This document shows positions 25,287-33,395 of a stretch of 64,000 nt of DNA, piece by piece; the first letter of the stretch is position 1; the number at the start of each line of letters is the position of its first letter. Source of the stretch: a virus (taxonomy: Duplodnaviria; Caudoviricetes); IMG/VR virus record IMGVR_UViG_3300012200_000001, positions 13,863 to 77,862 of that record. The stretch is one strand, 5' to 3'. The translations under genes were made by a program, and so were the position numbers. The notes beneath the pieces are model-generated. The model did no database searches and had not been told where the DNA came from. It saw nothing but the letters and a program-made list of their open reading frames with translations.

Positions 25287-26324
25287 GTGGCCCTGGTCTT
25301 CACAGACGCCTTCGACTCCTACGCCGCGACGGCAGACCTCATCAAGAAGTGGGGCACAGCATCCGGCGGCTTCACGTGGGGCGCGACTGCTGGCCGCAAC
25401 GGTGCAGGGGGTGTCACATGCGCGGCTGGAGCCGCAGGCGGTATATTTCAAACCCCGAGCATTCTTGGCGGTGTCGCGAGCGGAATCTTTCACTTTGGTT
25501 TTTACATCAAGTTTTCGGCGATCCCCTCTAGCCTCTATGAGTTTCTGGAACCTGTCCGCTCGGATACCGGGGCTCCAGGGCACTTGCTGGGAATCCAAAC
25601 CGGCACTGGCTTTCTGCAGCTGATAAATGCGGTTGCCACCGTACAGGCGACCGGAACCCGCAATGTCTGTGATAATAATTGGCACTGGATTGAGGTAAAG
25701 TACAATTTAGCGAACGCAGCCAATTTACAAACGGTATACGTTGACAGCACGCAGGATATTTCTGGGTCATTCAACGTGACCAATGCTTTTACTTTTGGGC
25801 CTATTCGCTTTGTGCAGGCCAACGTGGGCTGCGCGATCAACGGAATAGACGACGTCATCGTTTACGACGACACCGGAGATTCCCCGAAGGATTCGGATTA
25901 CCCGCTAGGCCCGCGTGAGATACTGACGTTACGCCCGAATGGCGACAGCGCGGTGCAATTCACGCCAAACAGCGGTGTGACCAACTGGACACGGGTGAAT
26001 GAGACCGTTGCCGATGGTGACACAACCTATGTGCAGGACGGCAACGTAGGCGATCAAGACCTCTATACCTATGCCGCTCCCGGTATCACGCCGTCGCAGA
26101 TCAACGGCGTGATGCTCAACTCTTACGTAGAGAATCCGAACGCGGGCACACTCAACTTCAAGCAGATTTGCAAGAACGGCGCGACGCAGATCGACGGCAC
26201 CAGTATGCAAGCGCCGTCGGGCTACACGACCAAGCAGCAGTATTTCGGACACGATCCCAACACCGGCTCGGTGTGGACGCCGAGCACGCTCGCCACGGCA
26301 ACATTCGGAATGAAGGTCGCCTGA
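25287..26324 (+). CDS. Virion protein with LamG/concanavalin-like domain (module A), paralog of 43301-44362
   Basis: MA..F.D.FD.Y N-terminus, WHWIEVK...VYVD, DGDTTYV, DPNT..W. Confidence 0.75.
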   Translation: MALVFTDAFDSYAATADLIKKWGTASGGFTWGATAGRNGAGGVTCAAGAAGGIFQTPSILGGVASGIFHFGFYIKFSAIPSSLYEFLEPVRSDTGAPGHLLGIQTGTGFLQLINAVATVQATGTRNVCDNNWHWIEVKYNLANAANLQTVYVDSTQDISGSFNVTNAFTFGPIRFVQANVGCAINGIDDVIVYDDTGDSPKDSDYPLGPREILTLRPNGDSAVQFTPNSGVTNWTRVNETVADGDTTYVQDGNVGDQDLYTYAAPGITPSQINGVMLNSYVENPNAGTLNFKQICKNGATQIDGTSMQAPSGYTTKQQYFGHDPNTGSVWTPSTLATATFGMKVA

Positions 26325-26325
26325 G

Positions 26326-26982
26326 ATGCAAAATGGAAAGATGCCACTCGTTGCACTCTGCCTTCCATCCGGCGGGACGTGGAAGGCGAAAATGGGAATG
26401 GATCTGCTCTACCTCGTCACCTACACGCTGAGCCAGGGCGTGCAGATCATGCCGATTTGCAACGAAGGTTCATCGATATCGAATGGCCGCAATCACCTTG
26501 TTCTCAACGCGCTGGCGATCAAGGCCGACTACCTGTTCTTCGTGGACACCGATATCACCCATCCACCGGACGGGCTGCTGCGATTGAAGGCACATGACAA
26601 GGACGTGGTGTGCGCCACGTATAACCGGCGCATTCCACCCTACGACACGCTCGGCGTTTGGGAGGGCGAGTGGAAGCCGGACAAGGACGGCAAGGTCGGT
26701 ATCGTCAAGGCAACCAAGATTCCGACCGGTTTCCTGCTCCTGAAGGCGGTAGTGTTCAAGAAGATGAAAGGGCCGCCGTGGTTCATGGAGGTTTACACGC
26801 AGGCAACCATCAGTGACCGCAATCAAACCGGCCACATCTCCGACGATTACGTGTTCTCGCACCGGCTAATCGAGGAGGGTTTTCAACCGTACATCGATCT
26901 CGACCTGACGTTTGAGATTGGTCACATCGGCGAGCGCGTGATCGTGGCCGAGCGGCCCAAGCTGCAGCAGGCCGCGCAATGA
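26326..26982 (+). CDS. GT-A fold (GT2-like) glycosyltransferase
   Basis: ALCLPSG, ISNGRN.LV..AL, YLFFVDTD (DxD), DKDVV.A.Y, TGFLL, SDDY.F. Confidence 0.85.
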   Translation: MQNGKMPLVALCLPSGGTWKAKMGMDLLYLVTYTLSQGVQIMPICNEGSSISNGRNHLVLNALAIKADYLFFVDTDITHPPDGLLRLKAHDKDVVCATYNRRIPPYDTLGVWEGEWKPDKDGKVGIVKATKIPTGFLLLKAVVFKKMKGPPWFMEVYTQATISDRNQTGHISDDYVFSHRLIEEGFQPYIDLDLTFEIGHIGERVIVAERPKLQQAAQ

Positions 26983-27317
26983 GAAATCTTTTACCCGATT
27001 GGATCAAGCGCCGCGAAGATCGCCACGGCTACCGGCTGATCGGGGCATATGCACGAACCGATCCGAAGGACGTGCGCGATGTCGCGCGCTTGTGCTTGGA
27101 GCGATGCCGCAACATGCGCTGGCATCCCAATATCGAGGACCAACTCGCGCTTGAGTTTTTCCTGGGTGCATCTGTGGGTGCAGTGGCGGCGGGAAGCACG
27201 CTGCTGGCAAACCGGATCGCCTGGGCCGCCACCAACATTGTGGCTAAGCACGGTATGCGCGGAATCGCCGCTCTTGAGCGTGGAGAGGCGGACATTCCCA
27301 AGAATGGAGCGAACTGA
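26979..27317 (+). CDS. Hypothetical protein
   Basis: Translationally coupled to the glycosyltransferase gene. Confidence 0.55.
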   Translation: MRNLLPDWIKRREDRHGYRLIGAYARTDPKDVRDVARLCLERCRNMRWHPNIEDQLALEFFLGASVGAVAAGSTLLANRIAWAATNIVAKHGMRGIAALERGEADIPKNGAN

Positions 27318-27883
27318 TGCCCAGTCAGGGATGGGAGCAGGCCATTGTCAATGCGCAGGCTGCGGGCAGTTCGGTCTCCAATACCACGACATCAACCACG
27401 CTGTTGCCGACGCACGCGCTGTTCACGCTTCCCGCCAACTTCTTCAACGTCGGTACGCTGCTCAAGTTCACCAGCATCGGCCAGATCAGCAATGTGGTGA
27501 CGACGCCTGGCACGATCACGCTCGACGTGCGCTTCGGTGCGGTTGTCGTGTTCAATGGTGGCGCGGCGCAGATGTCTACTACGGCGCACACGACGCTGCC
27601 GTATTGGTGGGAGGCAATATCAACGTGCCGCGCCATCGGCTCGGGCACCAGCGCAAACCTGATGAGCCAGGGCAGGCTGACGGGTCAGATGATCTCGGCT
27701 ACGGCGGTAGCCGACTCCACCTCGACGCATGGCACGTTGTTGACACCCAACACGGCGCCCGCGGTGGGCACCGGTTTTGACAGTACGGCCACACAGCAGA
27801 TCAACCACTTTGTGACATTCAGTGTCACGACCAACCCGACCAACATTACGCTTCAACAATGGATCGTTGAGTCCTTGAACTAA
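27317..27883 (+). CDS. Virion structural protein, Thr/Ser-rich beta protein
   Basis: High Thr content, coupled ORF in the structural operon. Confidence 0.7.
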   Translation: MPSQGWEQAIVNAQAAGSSVSNTTTSTTLLPTHALFTLPANFFNVGTLLKFTSIGQISNVVTTPGTITLDVRFGAVVVFNGGAAQMSTTAHTTLPYWWEAISTCRAIGSGTSANLMSQGRLTGQMISATAVADSTSTHGTLLTPNTAPAVGTGFDSTATQQINHFVTFSVTTNPTNITLQQWIVESLN

Positions 27884-28410
27884 TGGCCAACCCCCCGCCT
27901 ACAAACAGCCCACGGTCTAACAAGCCGTATGCGGTCCCTTTCACAAAGGGGCCATTTCGGCGTTTCCCTCAGCTTAAATCCGGGGCATCTCCAAGCGTTC
28001 GGCTATCGCAGCAATATACGGAGGTCGTCCACAGCGGCAGTGATCCCAAGATCCGGCTATCGCAGCAGTACACTGAGGTCGTTCAGAGCGGCGGCAACAC
28101 CAAGATTCGGCTGTCGCAGCAATACATCGAGGTCATTGTCAATTTCGGCCAACCCCCGCCCAACAACGGCAAGGGCAAGGCTCCGGGGCAAGGCAAGAAG
28201 CCGCCTAAAGATGTAACGGCATTGTGGCTCAAGCGGCTCCGTTTTGCCGAGGCGCGCAAGACCTGGCGCTTCATGCCGAATGCCCAGGTCTACGCGAGCC
28301 CGGGCTTTGCGTATGTTCCGCAAGTGCCGCCCCCGTACATGTGGCGCGACCGCAAGCATGTCGTCACGGTTGGCACTTCTTCCCGCGCAGTGAGGACAGA
28401 AAATGAGTAG
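27883..28410 (+). CDS. Virion protein with three tandem IRLSQQYxEV repeats, related to 44366-44683
   Basis: 18-aa period repeat visible in both protein and DNA. Confidence 0.7.
   Translation: MANPPPTNSPRSNKPYAVPFTKGPFRRFPQLKSGASPSVRLSQQYTEVVHSGSDPKIRLSQQYTEVVQSGGNTKIRLSQQYIEVIVNFGQPPPNNGKGKAPGQGKKPPKDVTALWLKRLRFAEARKTWRFMPNAQVYASPGFAYVPQVPPPYMWRDRKHVVTVGTSSRAVRTENE
27997..28140 (+). repeat. Coding tandem repeat, 3 x 54 nt
   Basis: Units start at 27997, 28051 and 28105 (xTxCGGCTxTCGCAGCAxTAxAxxGAGGTC). Confidence 0.85.
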
Positions 28411-28876
28411 GCGATACACAATCGTTGAGCCGTCCTTCGCTGCGGCGGCCAACATGAATCTGATCGAGATCAAGGGTGCGTCCGGCAAGGTGCTTGAAGT
28501 GCTGCGCTGGTGGTGGAGACCTACCGATAACACGCTCGCGCCCGCGCAGGTGCTCTACACCCGCTGTCGATTGCTTCCAGCGACAGTGACGGATGCGACA
28601 GGCGGCGTGAATAGCTCGCCGTCAATTATGGCCAACGACGGCGGTGACACCGCTGCTGGCTTTACCGCGATCACCAAGGGCACGGCGGGAGCCTCCACAT
28701 CCGGCACGGCGCGGCTCTACGACTCGGCAGGCTCGCATTCCTATAACGGCTATGACCAGACCATCGAGGAGGGCGTCACAGTCAAGTCCGGTGAGGCGTT
28801 TGTGTTTGAGATCGTCGGCAGCGTCACGACAACGATCAACATTACGGTCGGTGCGGAGGTTGAGGAGATCGGATGA
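28403..28876 (+). CDS. Virion structural protein
   Basis: Beta-rich ORF overlapping both neighbours. Confidence 0.65.
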   Translation: MSRRYTIVEPSFAAAANMNLIEIKGASGKVLEVLRWWWRPTDNTLAPAQVLYTRCRLLPATVTDATGGVNSSPSIMANDGGDTAAGFTAITKGTAGASTSGTARLYDSAGSHSYNGYDQTIEEGVTVKSGEAFVFEIVGSVTTTINITVGAEVEEIG

Positions 28877-29889
28877 CGCGCGTTCGCTACCGCGAGAGAA
28901 CTGTTGTCCGGCGTCTGGTCGCGGGCGGCCCATTCGCTGGGCCGGCAACATCCATCGATCTGACTGCGATTTTCGGGACTGGGACGGCGGGGACGCTCGC
29001 GCCGCAAATCAGCGATGTTCTTAATCTCGTTGGAGTGCTCGGCACCGGGGCAGCAGGTACGCTAGGGCCAATTACCCAGCTCACGCTCCCCAGCATTCAT
29101 GCAACCGGCACCGCGCAGGCGTTGGTTGCTGCGGTCTCGGTGGCGTTGCAGTCCGCACACGGCATCGGAGCTGCGGGCACGCCCGTGGCTGGCATTGCTG
29201 TCCCGCTCAGCAGCGCGCACGGCATCGGCACGCCTGCCACATTCGCGATCTCGGTGGGTCAGACGCTTTCGCTGGTTTCCGTTCATGGCATTGGCCAGAT
29301 GGCATCCTTCGGGGTGCAGTTCGGCAAGGACATCGCACTCGCCTCAGTATTCGGCGCGGGCGAGGCGGGTCTGTTGGTCAACAGGGTGGCTGTTCCGCTC
29401 GGCTCTGTGTTTGGTGCGGGGCATGGCTCTGCATTCTTCATCGAGGCTGGCAGCAATGTCCCGTTGGCTCCGGTTTATGGATTAGGGGCGGTTGCCAGCC
29501 TTACTACTGCCGAGCGCGTGGCGCTGGCAGCCATATTCGGCGTTGGCACAGTTGAGGAGCTTACACGTGAATTTGGTCTGCCGCTCACTGGCGCACTTGC
29601 CTACGGCGTGGCGGCACCGGTTGGGCTTGAATTTGAGGTATTCCTGCCGGGAGTGTTTAGCATCGGCCTGGCCGAGCCGTTTGAGCACATCTCATTTGCG
29701 CCGTGGCTGCTACGGCGGGTTGCGCTGCATGGGCAAGAGCCAACGGCGACCCTGCAGGGCGAGCGGCCTGTCCCGGTTATCAGGGGAGCGCAGTCAAGCC
29801 CGCTCCTGCGCGGGCGGCGTCTCAGCATCGATCTGCGCGGGATCGTGCCGCGCGTGACGATTAAGGGCGATTGGGAGAAAGACCATTGA
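28873..29889 (+). CDS. Gly/Ala-rich repetitive fibre-like protein
   Basis: About 20-aa repeats L.(S/G)V.G.G.AG.L. Confidence 0.7.
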   Translation: MTRVRYRERTVVRRLVAGGPFAGPATSIDLTAIFGTGTAGTLAPQISDVLNLVGVLGTGAAGTLGPITQLTLPSIHATGTAQALVAAVSVALQSAHGIGAAGTPVAGIAVPLSSAHGIGTPATFAISVGQTLSLVSVHGIGQMASFGVQFGKDIALASVFGAGEAGLLVNRVAVPLGSVFGAGHGSAFFIEAGSNVPLAPVYGLGAVASLTTAERVALAAIFGVGTVEELTREFGLPLTGALAYGVAAPVGLEFEVFLPGVFSIGLAEPFEHISFAPWLLRRVALHGQEPTATLQGERPVPVIRGAQSSPLLRGRRLSIDLRGIVPRVTIKGDWEKDH

Positions 29890-30260
29890 GTGCACTCATA
29901 CAGAACTTCTCGGTCCCAGCAGATGATGATGTGGAGGTCACTCTAAAGGTAGATCCGGACCTGGGCCTCGATACGCTTGAGGGCTCCGCGATCTACTGGC
30001 GCGTTTACGAGCAGCAGTTCGGCATTCCTGACTTTGATGCCTCGCCTTTGCCTCTGCTGGAAAAGTCCACACTCGACGGCTCGATTACGTTGCTGCCGTC
30101 GCCGCCGCCCATGGAGTGTCAGATCAAGATTGCACGCGCCGACACCGCGAATCTGCTACGCAACTACTACCACGAGACGACGCTGATTGATGTGGCCGGT
30201 AACTTATCGACGCTCAACTGCGGGATTGTGACCATTACGGCGACGGCGAACAGGCTCTAG
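29886..30260 (+). CDS. Virion beta-sandwich protein (BppU N-terminal-like)
   Basis: IYW.V...LEKST.DGSI...I.IA.ADTA.L...YYHE...GN..T...G..TI pattern. The TTG start overlaps the previous stop. Confidence 0.6.
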   Translation: MSALIQNFSVPADDDVEVTLKVDPDLGLDTLEGSAIYWRVYEQQFGIPDFDASPLPLLEKSTLDGSITLLPSPPPMECQIKIARADTANLLRNYYHETTLIDVAGNLSTLNCGIVTITATANRL

Positions 30261-30270
30261 GAGTGCGGCG

Positions 30271-30651
30271 ATGATAGTCCCCACTGTCACGAATATGAAA
30301 TTTAAGTTTCCTGAGTTCAGGAATGTAGACGATGGCACCGTCGAGTTCGCGATTGAGGAGGCGGTGGTCACGTGCGGGGGCGAAGGTCATTGGATCGATG
30401 ATGCAAATCAGACGCTTGCCATGATGTACTACGCGGCGCACTTGCTACAGGTCTCCATCATGCGGGCGGGGTCCGGTACGGGCCAGATCATTTCGAGCGA
30501 GCGCACGCCGGAGTTGTCGGTCACCTATGCAGTACCGAATATGAATGCGCCGATTGATTTTACCATGACGATCTACGGCGAGCGCTTTCTCGGTTTGGTA
30601 AGGAAGAACTTTCCCGCCATTCTTACGGTGGGCAGCGCGACGGCGATGTGA
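30271..30651 (+). CDS. Head-tail adaptor (DUF4054-like)
   Basis: FK.KFPEF..V.D, YYAAHLL, SV.Y, T.YG.RF..L. Confidence 0.82.
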   Translation: MIVPTVTNMKFKFPEFRNVDDGTVEFAIEEAVVTCGGEGHWIDDANQTLAMMYYAAHLLQVSIMRAGSGTGQIISSERTPELSVTYAVPNMNAPIDFTMTIYGERFLGLVRKNFPAILTVGSATAM

Positions 30652-31067
30652 TGGCCACGTTTTATGAACCCTTTCCCTACGGTGTGGGCCGCTCGCGTCG
30701 GATTTGGGATAGCATGATCAAACGATATGGCAACCTCGCATTGCTGCGACAGCCAGATCTGCCTGATCGGTTTGTGTCCATTCTTTCGGCAAACTTCACC
30801 GCACTTGAGAGACAGGGCGGCATCAGTAATCCCACCGACCGCAAGGTGCTCTTGTCGGCATTTAGTCCAGGCACCGAACAAGTGCTTGATCCGGAGCCGA
30901 GCGAGCGCGACATGCTAGTCACGCTGAGTCTCAATGACGACGGAAGTCCGGTGAAGGATGCAAGCGGCAATCCGGTGGAGGACGAGCATCTCAAGCTAGT
31001 CGCCCCGCCCGCCCGCATTGGTCCTAGCCGAAAACAGTTGTACTGGGTGCTGCAGGCACGGGCATGA
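30648..31067 (+). CDS. Head closure/stopper protein
   Basis: Synteny after the adaptor; MI..YG..A.L and TDRK.L.S motifs. Confidence 0.6.
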   Translation: MMATFYEPFPYGVGRSRRIWDSMIKRYGNLALLRQPDLPDRFVSILSANFTALERQGGISNPTDRKVLLSAFSPGTEQVLDPEPSERDMLVTLSLNDDGSPVKDASGNPVEDEHLKLVAPPARIGPSRKQLYWVLQARA

Positions 31068-31579
31068 CATTCGACCAGACACTGGACCGGCGGGAGGCCA
31101 TTCTGGATCGGCTGTTCGAGATCGGGCAGGGGCTTAGCGGTATTGCCGAGGCGCACCGCAACTACGGTCCGACCCCAAATGGCATCTTAGGCGTACAGCG
31201 CCCCGCGTTTTTGCTGTATGACGGCGGAGCCAGACTCACGCAGGATGTGCGGATGCACAAGGCGACCAAGATGCCCCCGACCATCTGGCGCATGGACCCG
31301 CAGATCGTGGTGCTGTTGGAGAGCAGAGATACCGTCGAGAACGTAAGGGTGGACGGGGTAGATCGCCCAGTCGGGCCTGAAATTTCCACTTGGTTCAACT
31401 TGATCAAGGACACCATCACCAATGACAGCGTCCTGCTCGATTTGGTCACGGCAAACGGCACGCACTTCGTGAGCGGCTGCGAGACTGATCTAAAGGTAGG
31501 CAGAACCATAGGAGCCCTCGGCGCGTGGCTCATGATGCTCTATGAGTTCTACTATCCGTTGTTTCCATCGCGCCAATGA
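31064..31579 (+). CDS. Tail terminator/completion protein
   Basis: RE.IL.RL N-terminus, P.FLLYDG, position before the tail tube gene. Confidence 0.6.
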   Translation: MTFDQTLDRREAILDRLFEIGQGLSGIAEAHRNYGPTPNGILGVQRPAFLLYDGGARLTQDVRMHKATKMPPTIWRMDPQIVVLLESRDTVENVRVDGVDRPVGPEISTWFNLIKDTITNDSVLLDLVTANGTHFVSGCETDLKVGRTIGALGAWLMMLYEFYYPLFPSRQ

Positions 31580-31603
31580 AGGAGGAGAGAAAGCGCAGAT
31601 GAA

Positions 31604-32137
31604 ATGCCTGTTCCCGGCCCTAGCCCAAATATCGGTAACTATGTTGTCGGTCGTGGCATCGGCTACGTCAAATTGGTAGCGCCGAGCCTCAGCCCAGATG
31701 TCGACTACGTGGACGTCGGCAACATCACCGAGTTCACGTTCCTGGTTAAGCCGACCCGTTTGGAGCACTACAGCTCCCGTGTCGGTGTGCGTAAGAAGGA
31801 CATGGTGGTCGTCACCGAAGTCGCTGCCACGCTGACCATGATCCTCGAGGAGTTCACAGCTCGAAACCTTGGCATGGCTGTTCTGGGTGCCGCTTCTGGC
31901 GGAACGGTCACGATCTTGTCGGAACCGCTGCTCTATGCGGCGTTTAAGTTCGTTTCGACCAACGCCATCGGCCCGCAATACACCTATACGTTTCCGCTCT
32001 GTCTGTTCACGCCGACAAAGGCGATTAGCCTTCTGCCGACGGGAAGCGGAACATGGGGGCAGATGGATTTCGAGGCGGATGTGTTGTTCGACGACGTCAG
32101 CGGAGGATTTGGAACTATCGTTGATACGACACACTGA
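31604..32137 (+). CDS. Major tail tube protein
   Basis: Y.VGRG, DVGNITEF.F.V....LEHYSSR.G.R.KD, L.MILEE...NL, W..M.FEA.VL. Confidence 0.82.
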   Translation: MPVPGPSPNIGNYVVGRGIGYVKLVAPSLSPDVDYVDVGNITEFTFLVKPTRLEHYSSRVGVRKKDMVVVTEVAATLTMILEEFTARNLGMAVLGAASGGTVTILSEPLLYAAFKFVSTNAIGPQYTYTFPLCLFTPTKAISLLPTGSGTWGQMDFEADVLFDDVSGGFGTIVDTTH

Positions 32138-32160
32138 CGTCGGCTGCAGAGGAGGAGAAT

Positions 32161-32655
32161 ATGGCTAGCATGTTGTCGCTGCTCGATGTCCTTCCGCGCC
32201 ATGAGCGGGTGGACATCGGCGGTGGCCAGAAGATCGATGTATACGGTATTTCTGGTGGAGACATCGGCAAAATTCTGGAGCGTTACCCAAACGCTTTTCA
32301 ACAGATTGCCGATTCTGGCAGTCAGCCTACGCGAATGGACGCGGGCTTGCTCGGTGCATTATTGGCAGCAAGTCAGCGCAACGGCGAGGATGAGTCGATG
32401 CTAAATAACGAGAAGGCGGAGAAGCGCGGCCGCGCTCTTGCTGTCAGCGACCAGATAAAGATCATGCAAGCACTGGGACGATGTACCTTCCCAGATGGTA
32501 TCGGCCCTTTTCTCGAAGACCTCGTATCAATGTCATCGGAGACGTTCAAAGCTACAGAGGTCATCGTACGAGTCGTTTCAAAGGATCAGCCTACGGAATC
32601 GCCGCCGACGCCGAAGCCCTCGGAGCCGCCCGACACCCCACCGTCTGGAAGTTAA
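32161..32655 (+). CDS. Tail assembly chaperone (G-like)
   Basis: Lies between tail tube and tape measure. Contains the slippery site in GPF codons. Confidence 0.78.
   Translation: MASMLSLLDVLPRHERVDIGGGQKIDVYGISGGDIGKILERYPNAFQQIADSGSQPTRMDAGLLGALLAASQRNGEDESMLNNEKAEKRGRALAVSDQIKIMQALGRCTFPDGIGPFLEDLVSMSSETFKATEVIVRVVSKDQPTESPPTPKPSEPPDTPPSGS
32505..32511 (+). other. Programmed -1 ribosomal frameshift site (C CCT TTT)
   Basis: X XXY YYZ heptamer in the correct phase. The -1 frame stays open to 32828. Confidence 0.75.
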
Positions 32656-32828
32656 CGCCGCGTCAGATGTCAGCGCTGTTGTTCATTGAGAATAAGCGCA
32701 AAGCATTTGAAAAAATTGAGTTGGTCAGCATGCTGCGGCTGGCGATGAACGGCTCAAAGCGAGACGTTGAAAAGGTTATGGAGCGATGGGCCAAGAGCGC
32801 TGAGATCGACCTAAAGTTCGAGGACTGA
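32505..32828 (+). CDS. Tail assembly chaperone GT extension (-1 frame)
   Basis: WKLTPRQM motif typical of T domains. Ends immediately before the next gene. Confidence 0.7.
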   Translation, partial: PFSRRPRINVIGDVQSYRGHRTSRFKGSAYGIAADAEALGAARHPTVWKLTPRQMSALLFIENKRKAFEKIELVSMLRLAMNGSKRDVEKVMERWAKSAEIDLKFED

Positions 32829-32829
32829 A

Positions 32830-33393
32830 ATGGAACTGAAAGTTAAGTGGAGCAACGAGCCGGAGGTAACCCGGAAGATCAAGCAGAATATGGATAAGCT
32901 TGGACACGTCGTCCGCGAAGCGATGCAGGAGGCCGCCGAGGAGACTGCCGAGTTCATCTTGTTTCGAGGTGCAGAAGACATTCAGGACGCTGGCAGGTTC
33001 GGTGATCGCTGGGTCGATGCGCTGCATGCTGATGTCAGTGAGACCCAGCGTACGGTTACCGTCGATGTGTCGATGCAGCCGGAGGGGCCGCCGGTCACGT
33101 ATTGGAAAGTGTTCGAATACGGCGCGACGATACATGCGAAAAATCCAAGCGGATTGATGTGGCTGCCCTTCGCTGGCTCTGAGGGCACGGATGTGTGGCC
33201 GCGCGCGTATTCCGGTGACTTATTTCGCCGCGGCCGGGCGCTGTTCGATGCCGAAACCGGAGAGAAAAAATACTTCGGCGTCCCGGAGGTAACGATCCCG
33301 AAGAAGTTTCATCTCAATGAAATCGTCAAGGATGAAGCTGCGAAGGCGCGTTCCGTGTTCAAAAGAATCCTCGCTGAAAAACGTGAGACCTAG
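32830..33393 (+). CDS. Tail completion protein (HK97 gp10-like)
   Basis: YW..FEYGA.I..K.....LWLP pattern, position next to the tape measure gene. Confidence 0.6.
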   Translation: MELKVKWSNEPEVTRKIKQNMDKLGHVVREAMQEAAEETAEFILFRGAEDIQDAGRFGDRWVDALHADVSETQRTVTVDVSMQPEGPPVTYWKVFEYGATIHAKNPSGLMWLPFAGSEGTDVWPRAYSGDLFRRGRALFDAETGEKKYFGVPEVTIPKKFHLNEIVKDEAAKARSVFKRILAEKRET

Positions 33394-33395
33394 CC

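Noticed and set aside
27997-28140. Three-unit repeats here and at 44372-44510 as a possible CRISPR array
   Set aside because: Units are in-frame, degenerate at third codon positions and have no unique spacers. No cas genes are present.
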